Positions 46,385 through 54,688 of a stretch of DNA of 64,000 nt are shown here, piece by piece (the stretch's first letter is position 1; every line of letters starts with the position of its first letter). The notes beneath the pieces are model-generated. The model was not told the DNA's origin, searched no databases, and was given only the letters and a program-made list of their open reading frames with translations. This stretch comes from Patescibacteria group bacterium (GTDB lineage Bacteria > Patescibacteriota > Minisyncoccia > Minisyncoccales > JANBVM01). The position numbers were made by a program, and so were the translations under genes. The stretch is from contig JANBVL010000001.1 of NCBI GenBank assembly GCA_024238995.1, positions 74,059 through 138,058 on the forward strand, in the 5' to 3' direction.

Positions 46385-47668
46385 TTATTCTAACAAATCT
46401 TGCGTTGTTGTTGAAAGCGCTCCTCTTGTATAAAAGTTTTCTGGGCTCCAGATCATGAAACCAGAAAAATCATCTTTTAAAGCATCTTGAACTGCATTAA
46501 TTTCTAACCTCACTTCCTCTTCCCCATATTCAGCTCCTAAATCAAAATCCTGAAGCCATGGCCTTAACTTGGCTTGTGTTGAAGTGGTAGTTTTAAAAGC
46601 ATTAAGTTTAAACAAGCCAGCTTCCATTGCATTTTTAACTACCTCATAAGGATACTCAGCCGGATTGTCATATCCAATGTAACCTTGGGCATAATGAGAA
46701 GGATAAACCATTGGAGAAACAAAATCAAAATACTGATAAGCATGTTCAATTTTTTGACCAATTCCCAAATCAGATATTTCAGTAGAAAGTCCAAAAAGAT
46801 CAGCTGACAAAACAGCATTAGGAAGCTTTTCTCTTAAATAAGAATAAAAGCCTTTAATCACTGAAATTCTTGTAGTGCCGGTGCTATTCCATAAAGAAAA
46901 ACTTAAATCCCCTAAATCACCGTCAGAAGGAAAACGAATATAGTCAAAATTCAACTCATCAAAGCCCTGATTTAAAACATCTCTAGCAATAGCAATATTA
47001 TAATCCCATGCTTCTTCGCTTGATGGATCAATCCAGGCCAAACCCATCTTATCAAGCCAAAGCAAAGAGTCATCTGATTTCCTCTTCACTGCTAAATCAG
47101 GCCTTGACCAAGCTAGAATAGGATCCTGGAAAACACTAATTCTGGCAATAGTATAAATTCCATTTTTGTGAAATTTCTCAACTAAAGCTTTAACATCTGG
47201 AATTAAATATCTTTCAGCATTATATTCTTCAACCTCAGCAACCTCAGTATTATAGCTTACATAACCTGACCAGTCTTTGATATCAATCACAACAGCATTA
47301 ATCTCTGTGTTTTTAGCCAAATCAATCACATAATTAGTCATATAAGGACTAGCTGCTGACCAAGCAGTTAAATAAACTGCTTTTATTATTTCAGGCGCCT
47401 GAAAACCTGATTTTTCAATTTCGAGTTCAGTACTAGTAGCTGTTTTAGAAACAATTACAGAAAGAATTTCTTTTTCAGTAATCTCTTCTTCAACAATTTC
47501 TTGCTCTTCAACATGTTCTTCAGATTCATATTCTTGATATTCCTGCTGCTCTGGCAAAAAAACAGACTCATAAACATTAACAAAAGAATCTTTAAGAAAA
47601 AACAATACTATAAAAAACAAAAAAATTACAAAATACTGATTTTTAAGCAAGTCTTTAACGCTCTTCAT
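46385..47668 (-). CDS. putative glycoside hydrolase, DUF4015 (GHL) TIM-barrel family
   Basis: IKAVYLTAWSA...NAVVIDIKDWSGYVSY...IYTIARISVFQD...LAWIDPSSEEAWDYNIAIARDVLNQGFDELNFDYIRFP matches the DUF4015 pattern. An N-terminal TM anchor is present. Confidence 0.78.
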   Translation of the reverse strand: MKSVKDLLKNQYFVIFLFFIVLFFLKDSFVNVYESVFLPEQQEYQEYESEEHVEEQEIVEEEITEKEILSVIVSKTATSTELEIEKSGFQAPEIIKAVYLTAWSAASPYMTNYVIDLAKNTEINAVVIDIKDWSGYVSYNTEVAEVEEYNAERYLIPDVKALVEKFHKNGIYTIARISVFQDPILAWSRPDLAVKRKSDDSLLWLDKMGLAWIDPSSEEAWDYNIAIARDVLNQGFDELNFDYIRFPSDGDLGDLSFSLWNSTGTTRISVIKGFYSYLREKLPNAVLSADLFGLSTEISDLGIGQKIEHAYQYFDFVSPMVYPSHYAQGYIGYDNPAEYPYEVVKNAMEAGLFKLNAFKTTTSTQAKLRPWLQDFDLGAEYGEEEVRLEINAVQDALKDDFSGFMIWSPENFYTRGALSTTTQDLLE

Positions 47669-48026
47669 TTTTCAAGTTTTTGAATAAAAAAACAGCCTTT
47701 AATTATTAGGTTGTTTTTTAATATTCTAATTTTATTCCTAATTTGTCTGCAATTTGTTTTATCCATTTTTCATGACGATTCACTTTATATGATAAAATAA
47801 GCATTTCTTAAAAATAAGCATCAGCTCTTTTCGCATAAGCATCAACAGAAATTTGAAGCTCTGAAAAACTGTTTAACATTTCTTCTTTAAAAGACAAAAA
47901 ATCTTCTTTGGTGGCAAAGACTTCTTTATTAGCTTCAATTATTCTCTGTATATCTTTATCAGTAAGCATATTAATTTTCCTCTACTCATTTTTATTATAA
48001 CTTGTAAAGTAATCGTGTCAAACTTT

Positions 48027-48557
48027 TTACTTTTCAATTCCAAATTCCATTGATTTTTTAATTTGAATCATTTCTAAAGGATCAACATCTTTTAAAGAAT
48101 TGCCTTTAAACTCTTGAATCACTTTAATTCCTTCAATGTCAATATCAACACGGCTCCTTGAAGCTAATATTAAATTGGGTTCTCTTATTTCACCCTCAGC
48201 AGGGCCTTTAGTTATAAAGCATTTTCTTGCATCCATAATAATTAAGTCAGGATGAATTAATTTGTTTAACTCAGCTATTTTTTCCTGAAGATTTTTCAAA
48301 TGAAGCCTGACGCGCTCAATTGGCTTCATAAAACCAATAGATAATTTTAAAGCTCCGGTAAATTGAGCATATGAATGAGTTTTTAAATTAGGTAAAAGTA
48401 TCAACTTGTCAGCTCTTTCTAAAAATTCAGTTACTGAAACTGTCTTTAGAAATTTACCATTGGGAACTTGTTTTTTAATCCATTTCCTTTCATCAAAATT
48501 ATATATTCTTGGAGGTATTTCTATTTTCTCCAAATCAAAAACACCAAGCTTTTCCAT
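48027..48557 (-). pseudogene. DUF362 gene, C-terminal fragment (split by element insertion)
   Basis: LILLPNLKTHSYAQFTGALKLSIGFMKPIERVRLH is the DUF362 core. The apparent ATG abuts the recombinase stop (1-nt overlap). The N-terminal fragment is at 62660-62923. Confidence 0.8.
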
Positions 48558-50149
48558 TACTTTACGAGTATTGAGGCGTAGTCAAAGGTTGGTATAGGTA
48601 GCTTCATTAGTTCCTCTTTTCTCTTTGTTGAGAGCTTGGAAATTGAAATATAACCAGTTATCATTATCCTTCCTGTATCAGAATTGTAAGTGATTGTTTT
48701 TACAATACTCTTAAGCAGTTTTTTAATCTGTTCAGGCTTTAATATATTCAACTGAACTTTGGTCAGACTGGCAAACTCTTTTAAGCTGTTGATTATATCC
48801 TGCTTACTGGTTGCTTGAGATAACCTTACTTCAATCCCTTTTAAATCTTTCTTGATTTCCCTTTCAATCAAAGTATAGTTCTCTATCTTTGCCTCAAATT
48901 CTTCTATGCTTATAAAATCTTTATCCCAAAGTCGCCATACCTCACTCTTCTTTTTCTTTGTAATGGCTTGGTGCTTTAATAGGTCTTGTTTTAAATCACC
49001 TAACGATTGCTTTTCTTTGTCCCCTTCTTTTAACCGAAATATGTATTTGATAAGGATTTTAGGATTCTGTAATGCCTCTTTGATTTTGCCCCAGATATAA
49101 TCTTCAATAAACTCCTTCTTTATCATTCTAGAATTACATTTAAAAACCTCTGGAAAACTCTTGGGCTTTGAACTGCATACATAATAGGAATACTTATTAT
49201 GATGGCAGATACCAACCATTCTTGAGCCACACTTTTCACACCTCATTAAGCCACTCAAAAGATAAGTGTTCTTTGTTTTACCATAGAGCTTAAAATTCTT
49301 TTTTCTCAACTCCTGAACTTTATCAAATGTTTCTCTGTCAATTATGGCAGGGACTTTAACCATCAACCAATCTTTTCTGTTATTATTCACTTTGCTTGAT
49401 TTGACTTTTCTATTAAATTTCACTCTCTTGTTCTTTGGTTCAGAACTTTTGGTTTTATTGTAATACCAATTACCAATGTAGGTTTCACTCTTTAGAACTC
49501 TAGCAATTCCCTGTGGTCTCCAAATCTTATTATCCCCATAACGTATTTTTTTCAAGTGAAATGCTTTAGTTGTTCCAGTAATGGTTTGGTGTTCAAGATA
49601 AAGATTGAAGATAAGTTTTACAATCTTTGCTTCTTCAGGTTCTATCTTTAACTGCCAATCCCCCTTCTTGTTTTTAATGAACCTATAACCATAAGTTGCA
49701 CAACTCCTGATAAGCTTCCCATTTTTTACTTTGTGCAGTTTCCCTCTGCGACTTCTTTCTATGAATTGCCTTTTTTCGTGTTCAGCTAACAAGCTCTCAA
49801 TATCAGTTAAAAGTTTGTTTTCTTCTGTTAGCACTCGGTCTTTAAAGACCACTTCAATTCCTCGCTTCTCTAATTCTTTTAACACTATGAGTTGGTTAAG
49901 ATGGTCTCTGCTCAACCTATCGGCAGAATGAACATAAAGAGCTTCAAACAAACCTTCTTTAGCGTCATCTCTTAACTTGTCTAGAGAGGGTCTTGCCAAA
50001 GTTCCACCACTCCAACCATTATCAATATATTCTTTAACTATTTCAAAGTCTTTACAGATTTCCTTTAATACTGCCAACTGACTTTCAATAGTCCTTTCGT
50101 CTTTTTGTCTTTGGGTGCTAACCCTAACGTAGATTGCTACTTTTTTCAT
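48557..50149 (-). CDS. large serine recombinase (integrase)
   Basis: The resolvase catalytic N-terminus VAIYVRVSTQRQ carries the Ser nucleophile context. A recombinase domain, a zinc ribbon (CEKCGSRMVG...YYVCS) and a long coiled-coil C-terminus follow. Length is 530 aa. Confidence 0.92.
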   Translation of the reverse strand: MKKVAIYVRVSTQRQKDERTIESQLAVLKEICKDFEIVKEYIDNGWSGGTLARPSLDKLRDDAKEGLFEALYVHSADRLSRDHLNQLIVLKELEKRGIEVVFKDRVLTEENKLLTDIESLLAEHEKRQFIERSRRGKLHKVKNGKLIRSCATYGYRFIKNKKGDWQLKIEPEEAKIVKLIFNLYLEHQTITGTTKAFHLKKIRYGDNKIWRPQGIARVLKSETYIGNWYYNKTKSSEPKNKRVKFNRKVKSSKVNNNRKDWLMVKVPAIIDRETFDKVQELRKKNFKLYGKTKNTYLLSGLMRCEKCGSRMVGICHHNKYSYYVCSSKPKSFPEVFKCNSRMIKKEFIEDYIWGKIKEALQNPKILIKYIFRLKEGDKEKQSLGDLKQDLLKHQAITKKKKSEVWRLWDKDFISIEEFEAKIENYTLIEREIKKDLKGIEVRLSQATSKQDIINSLKEFASLTKVQLNILKPEQIKKLLKSIVKTITYNSDTGRIMITGYISISKLSTKRKEELMKLPIPTFDYASILVK

Positions 50150-50285
50150 AATTCTTTTTTTGCTTATTTTTTTTAGATTTTAAAATATCACTTACAAATT
50201 GTGTAAATTCTTCTTTATGATTAGGATTCGGCTCAAACTTTATAATCAGTTTAGTTTGTTTCTTTCTTTTCTGTCTTTTTGCCAT
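50124..50285 (-). CDS. small basic ORF (53 aa) overlapping the recombinase start; KFEPNP family
   Basis: My translation is MAKRQKRKKQTKLIIKFEPNPNHKEEFTQFVSDILKSKKNKQKKNYEKSSNLR. The first roughly 35 aa parallel ORF 60593-60784. Confidence 0.4.
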   Translation of the reverse strand: MAKRQKRKKQTKLIIKFEPNPNHKEEFTQFVSDILKSKKNKQKKNYEKSSNLR

Positions 50286-50299
50286 AATTTTGTTAAGGT

Positions 50300-50354
50300 T
50301 TAGAGATTTCAGAAATGGTCGCCCAAAACTGAAACCTCTAAATCTGCGACCATT
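50300..50354. promoter_or_regulatory. two interleaved inverted repeats plus GGTCGCCCAAAACTGAA motif
   Basis: IR-a is ttagagatttcag (50300-12) against ctgaaacctctaa (50329-41), 12/13 matched. IR-b is aatggtcgc (50314-22) against gcgaccatt (50346-54), 9/9 matched. The arms interleave, so the two structures are mutually exclusive. Confidence 0.5.
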
Positions 50355-50385
50355 ATTTTAATTATCTATGCCAACCTTTTAATTA

Positions 50386-50940
50386 TTATATGTCTTTTTT
50401 AATTGCTTTAACACACAAATGCCCACCTAACATTCTCAAACTTGGCAAATATCTTTTATTAAGTTTATCGCTTGTTATTTCAACCTTAAATCCTTTTAAT
50501 AATCTCTCAATGGCATTTGGAGTATAAAAAAGTTTGTGGTCTTCATCTCCTATGCTGTCTTCTCTTTTTAGTAAAAATCTCAAAATTCTATGAAGAGCAT
50601 AAGGATTAGGAGTAGTTAGAATCAATAATCCATTCGTTTTTAAAACTCTTTTCGCTTCTGATATAAAAGATTGTGGAGAATATGTATGTTCTAATAACTC
50701 TGCCATTATAATTGTATCAAAGGTTTCATCTTTAAAAGGTAAGTCATCGGCATTTCCTATTACTTGATTCTTTAAATTTAATTTCTTGGCTAATCTTTTA
50801 TTATTATCTAATCCAATTATTTGTGGAAACATAACTTGAAGTTCTTTAAATAGTTTTCCATCTCCTCCTAAATTGCCTATGTCTAAAATTGATTGACCAA
50901 CAATACTTTCTTTTATGAAACTGATTCGTGTTCCTAACAT
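50386..50940 (-). CDS. class I SAM-dependent methyltransferase
   Basis: ILDIGNLGGDG is motif I, and DTIIMAELLEH and NGLLILTTPN follow in a Methyltransf_11-like layout. No DPPY/NPPY DNA-MTase motif is present. Confidence 0.78.
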   Translation of the reverse strand: MLGTRISFIKESIVGQSILDIGNLGGDGKLFKELQVMFPQIIGLDNNKRLAKKLNLKNQVIGNADDLPFKDETFDTIIMAELLEHTYSPQSFISEAKRVLKTNGLLILTTPNPYALHRILRFLLKREDSIGDEDHKLFYTPNAIERLLKGFKVEITSDKLNKRYLPSLRMLGGHLCVKAIKKDI

Positions 50941-50944
50941 TATT

Positions 50945-51115
50945 TTAATAATCTGTTATGGTTATTTTCCTTCTGCCCTTTCCCTTATCCCATCTATCAA
51001 GAATGTTTTTGATTTTACCAACATAGTCCTTGATTTTTACAAGGCGTTTTTGGTCTCTTTTAAACTGGAGATATATCACTAAGTCTATTGTGATTTTTCG
51101 TCTTTTATTTGTCAT
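50945..51115 (-). CDS. possible small basic protein (56 aa)
   Basis: Below the track cutoff. My translation is MTNKRRKITIDLVIYLQFKRDQKRLVKIKDYVGKIKNILDRWDKGKGRRKITITDY. It lies 4 nt upstream of the methyltransferase start. Confidence 0.3.
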   Translation of the reverse strand: MTNKRRKITIDLVIYLQFKRDQKRLVKIKDYVGKIKNILDRWDKGKGRRKITITDY

Positions 51116-51271
51116 ATACTAGTATTATGACTTTTTCATAAACTAATGTCAAGTATTTTTTTAATTGATTCTATTTTTATGGCTCTTTTTTGAAAATACT
51201 ACAATTTGATACCCCCTCAAACGCCCACTTGACACCCCTAAGAACTTAATATAGATTAAACTATTAAAAAA

Positions 51272-51289
51272 GGTCGTCCCAAAACTGAG
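51272..51289. promoter_or_regulatory. second copy of GGTCG(C/T)CCCAAAACTGA motif in the divergent control region
   Basis: ggtcgtcccaaaactgag compared with ggtcgcccaaaactgaa at 50317-50333. Confidence 0.4.
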
Positions 51290-51333
51290 GGATTATATCA
51301 GTATATAGAAAGCAATTAAAATAGGAAGAAAAT

Positions 51334-52302
51334 ATGAACAAAATAGAGATAAAAAACTTACTCAAAAAAAGTCCTATTGCAATGATTGTAGCTGGATTGT
51401 TAGGAGCTGGAATAGTTTCAGCAATGGTTTTAGCTGTCTATACTACAATGCTAGGAGTGGGTAATGTAGAACAAGCAGTCATATTTGGAAATGGAGATGT
51501 TGAAAAAACATATACTATTGGAAGCTCTAATGCAATTGCTGGAAACACCTATACCCAAGATTATAATTTGAAGAACCAATCAGAAACCACAGCACCGATT
51601 AAGTTTATCACTACACAATGTATAGTTGGTGGTGGAAATTGTAATACTCCAGAACACATTGAAGAAGGTGTAAAAACTTCTTACTGGAGTGCTGTAGAGT
51701 TAGAGAATAAAAACCCTGATTGGAATATTATAGATGATAATACAAGAGCAACTTTGACTTATGAATTATTATCTCCGACCTTCAATTATGAATTTGAAGC
51801 TACAGGACTAGATGTTAATGAAAACTATTCCTTGATTTACTACGCAGATAAACCTGAAAGGTTTGAAAATTGGGGTGGTAATAATCCAGGAGTATTGATT
51901 GCTGAATTTATAACTGATGATGAGGGAAACATTTCTGAAGAAGGAAACAAAAATCTTCAAATGAATTTGCCTACTTCACCAGATTGGAATGCTACTGCCG
52001 AAGCAAATTATTGCGATAGCGATAGTTATGATTTATGCAGAGGAGCAAAGATTTGGTTAGTTCCATCATCTAGTTATAATGATATAACAAAGGAACTTAA
52101 TGGTTGGAATCCAGATACTTACTTATTTGAAACAGACCTGATTACTTATGACGATACTGACACAGATGGAGTGGCGTTATATTTAGGAACAGGAATGCTG
52201 AATTTCTTTGTTAAGAATGAATTTGCAGTCAATCTTGCACCTGGCGAATATAAGGTAAAGACAGAAGTAATCCCAGTAGCAGAGCTAATAGCAGAATTGT
52301 AA
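51334..52302 (+). CDS. N-terminally anchored extracellular protein (322 aa), unknown family
   Basis: TM/signal PIAMIVAGLLGAGIVSAMVLAVY, then an acidic, Asn/Thr-rich beta-type sequence. First gene of a 4-gene plus-strand operon. Confidence 0.6.
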   Translation: MNKIEIKNLLKKSPIAMIVAGLLGAGIVSAMVLAVYTTMLGVGNVEQAVIFGNGDVEKTYTIGSSNAIAGNTYTQDYNLKNQSETTAPIKFITTQCIVGGGNCNTPEHIEEGVKTSYWSAVELENKNPDWNIIDDNTRATLTYELLSPTFNYEFEATGLDVNENYSLIYYADKPERFENWGGNNPGVLIAEFITDDEGNISEEGNKNLQMNLPTSPDWNATAEANYCDSDSYDLCRGAKIWLVPSSSYNDITKELNGWNPDTYLFETDLITYDDTDTDGVALYLGTGMLNFFVKNEFAVNLAPGEYKVKTEVIPVAELIAEL

Positions 52303-52309
52303 AGAAAAC

Positions 52310-52370
52310 CTGATAGCTATACAAGGAATAGCTATCAGAGGTAGGTTTATTTCTTTGAAGTAAATCTACC
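52310..52370 (+). promoter_or_regulatory. two consecutive intercistronic hairpins
   Basis: ctgatagcta-tacaaggaa-tagctatcag is a perfect 10-bp stem. It is followed by ggtaggtttat...gtaaatctacc (imperfect), ending 8 nt before ATG 52378. Confidence 0.55.
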
Positions 52371-52377
52371 CCTGATT

Positions 52378-53232
52378 ATGAACAAAATATCAAAAAGTTT
52401 AATAGTTCTATTTTTAGCTTTTCTTTTTGGAAGTAGTTTTGGGATTTTTTCTATCCAAGCTCAAAATGATAAACTTATTTTAGAACTATCTTCTAAAGAA
52501 TGCGATATTCAATATAGTGGTGAGAGTTGCATTATTGAACTGAAACTTACTAATAATACTGATAAAATTCTTAATGGAGAAACATCTTTACATATAGATT
52601 ATAAAGGTATTTGTGGAGATGGTTTTTTTGATGGAGAAGGAATTAAAGCTCAATTTTCTATTACAGATAATAGTTGGTTAGACTTCTTGGGTTGGAAAGA
52701 TGGAACAACAGCAGTTTCAGGTTTTGAAATCGTTAAAGGCGAAACTCAATCAAAACTTAAGATAAAGACTGCTTCAAATCTTTGCCCTGGAGAATATACT
52801 TTCATTCTTGAATTAAAAGGAACTACTGCTGAAGAAGAATACACAAGCATTCCACTAGTAATGATACAAATAGGTGATGCGATAATTCTTCCTCAACCTT
52901 TTTTAGAAATTCCAGAAATTGACACTACTGATACTGAAAAGATAGTTGCCGTCTCAGGAGAAGAAGAAATAACTACTTTAACTAAAAAGGATTCTGAAAC
53001 TGAATTTATTGGAGAAAAAGAGGAAGAAAAGGAGAAAGGAGAGGAAAAAGTTGTTATTGAAGGGATTCAAAAAGGTTTAGTTTCAATGATAGCGTCTATA
53101 GGTATGATTTGGGGAGAAATCAGTAAATCTGCTTTTCTAACAATTATTGTGATTTTATGTTTAATGGGTTTAGTTCTTATCGGTATCAAAGAGTGGAGAC
53201 TATTTCAGAAAAAAAAAGAAGAAAGAAAATAG
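52378..53232 (+). CDS. type I membrane protein with Ig/CARDB-like ectodomain (284 aa)
   Basis: Signal peptide LIVLFLAFLFGSSFGIFSIQA, then ESCIIELKLTNNTDKILNGETSLHIDY. An acidic linker follows, then C-terminal TM FLTIIVILCLMGLVLIGI and a KKKEERK tail. Confidence 0.6.
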   Translation: MNKISKSLIVLFLAFLFGSSFGIFSIQAQNDKLILELSSKECDIQYSGESCIIELKLTNNTDKILNGETSLHIDYKGICGDGFFDGEGIKAQFSITDNSWLDFLGWKDGTTAVSGFEIVKGETQSKLKIKTASNLCPGEYTFILELKGTTAEEEYTSIPLVMIQIGDAIILPQPFLEIPEIDTTDTEKIVAVSGEEEITTLTKKDSETEFIGEKEEEKEKGEEKVVIEGIQKGLVSMIASIGMIWGEISKSAFLTIIVILCLMGLVLIGIKEWRLFQKKKEERK

Positions 53233-53289
53233 CTTGTTGGTCGGCTAAGCTATAAAGTAAATAATTAAATAAAAAACCAATGGAATAAA

Positions 53290-53799
53290 ATGTTTAAAAA
53301 ACTTACAGCTTTATTAGTGTTATCTGCTCTGCTTTTAGTTAGTGGAGCTTTTACATTTGCTAGTAATGAGGAAGCCATTATCGGCTCTATAACTCCTAAA
53401 GTCTTAAATGTTTCCATTAGCACAGATGGGGAAATTGACTGGGGACTTATGGATTTGGGGCAAGTTAAAGACACAATGACTTTAATAGATACACAGACCA
53501 TCACAAATATTGGTTCAGTTTCATTTACAATCAGTTTGAAAGTTTCGGATTCAATTCCTTCAAATTGGCAATACATAAATGCTATACCAAGTTTGACAAA
53601 CGAATTCAGTCAGGAGTGGGCTTTGAATTCTTCTGGGTGGACGTTCTTCAATGCTGATAATTCTTACTTGGCAAGTGGTATGACATTAGACCCTTCAACT
53701 TCAGTAAGTATGGATTTAAGATTCTATATGCCAGTAGTTCTCAGCTCAGGAGTCGCTCCACAAACTTTTCTGACATCAGTTTTGGCAGTTGCTTTGTAA
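53290..53799 (+). CDS. secreted beta-rich protein (169 aa), possibly pilin-like
   Basis: Signal peptide LTALLVLSALLLVSGAFTFA. ITPKVLNVSISTDGEIDWGLMDLGQ...ITNIGSVSFTISLKV is reminiscent of the first strands of 41812-42429. Confidence 0.6.
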   Translation: MFKKLTALLVLSALLLVSGAFTFASNEEAIIGSITPKVLNVSISTDGEIDWGLMDLGQVKDTMTLIDTQTITNIGSVSFTISLKVSDSIPSNWQYINAIPSLTNEFSQEWALNSSGWTFFNADNSYLASGMTLDPSTSVSMDLRFYMPVVLSSGVAPQTFLTSVLAVAL

Positions 53800-53815
53800 G
53801 GTTTGGATTTGTTGA

Positions 53816-53838
53816 GGTGGGTATTTTCTCTACCCACC
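53816..53838 (+). promoter_or_regulatory. intercistronic hairpin just before start codon
   Basis: ggtgggta-ttttctc-tacccacc is a perfect 8-bp stem ending 4 nt before ATG 53843. The right arm CTACCC resembles the one before ATG 52378. Confidence 0.5.
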
Positions 53839-53842
53839 AATT

Positions 53843-54388
53843 ATGAAACTAAAACTTATAACAACAATTATTTTATTTTCATTGATAAGCTCTAGTGCTT
53901 CAAGCATTGGAATCTATCCTGTCGCTTTAAAGTTTGATGATGAGCTTTTAATGGGCAAACGATATAAAAATTCACAAATTACTATTATCAATACAAATGA
54001 TGAGGCAGGTTATTTTAAAGTCGGTGTAGCCAATTTAACAAAAGAGAATTTTGATAAGCTGAATTCTGATTGGATAAAAATTAAACCTGAAAAGTTCTAT
54101 CTAGAGGTAGGTTCTAGTCAAACGATTACTTTATCATTAAAAATTCCTCCCAAAACAAGATTGATATATTTTCAAGTTTATGGCGTTATAGAAACTTTTT
54201 CTGTTGAAGAAGTTGAATCAGGAGTTATGGGTGTGGGAGTTGCTGTGGGTTCTAAACTATCTTTTAAGGTTTCTAAAAAGAATGTCCCAAAATGGAAATT
54301 GCTCTGGTGGAACATTACAGACAGATTAAGATATTTTATGGCTTGGGGTGGTAATTTTATGCCTTTCAGTTTTACTCTTAAAAGATAA
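53843..54388 (+). CDS. secreted Ig-like (DUF916 / chaperone-like) protein (181 aa)
   Basis: Signal peptide, then IGIYPVALKFDDELLMGKRYKNSQITIINTNDEAGYF and WIKIKPEKFYLEVGSSQTITLSLKIPPKT. These parallel LTVSPAKVEF...ITLINSG and WIEVSPSEVHL...FTIRIPENA of 40704-41768. Confidence 0.55.
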   Translation: MKLKLITTIILFSLISSSASSIGIYPVALKFDDELLMGKRYKNSQITIINTNDEAGYFKVGVANLTKENFDKLNSDWIKIKPEKFYLEVGSSQTITLSLKIPPKTRLIYFQVYGVIETFSVEEVESGVMGVGVAVGSKLSFKVSKKNVPKWKLLWWNITDRLRYFMAWGGNFMPFSFTLKR

Positions 54389-54470
54389 GAAGTTGAGGTT
54401 TGATACCATTAAATACCCTGTATGATGGTTCTTTACTTGTAAAAGGACTTTAAATGCGTCTAACAGCATT

Positions 54471-54686
54471 TTAAACTAGGTTCTCCCTGTAATCAGCTAG
54501 ATTCTTCCTAACAAACCAAACTGCGTTTTTCTCCTCATCAGAAAGTTTTACTCCCCTCTTGCGATTCATAAGCCAAAGTGCTGTGTTAATAATGGTTCTC
54601 TTTTTAACAGGCACTCCAAAGAAATCTTTTGTCGCTTCAATGATTTGTTTTTGCTTTTCAGATTGTTTTGTGGGTAGAGTTCTCAT
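54471..54686 (-). CDS. hypothetical protein (71 aa)
   Basis: Begins 2 nt after the terL stop. No family recognised. Confidence 0.5.
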   Translation of the reverse strand: MRTLPTKQSEKQKQIIEATKDFFGVPVKKRTIINTALWLMNRKRGVKLSDEEKNAVWFVRKNLADYRENLV

Positions 54687-54688
54687 AG

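Noticed and set aside
53265-53576. Minus-strand 103-aa ORF overlapping 53290-53799
   Set aside because: The plus-strand ORF has a clear signal peptide, fits the 4-gene plus-strand operon spacing, and is longer.
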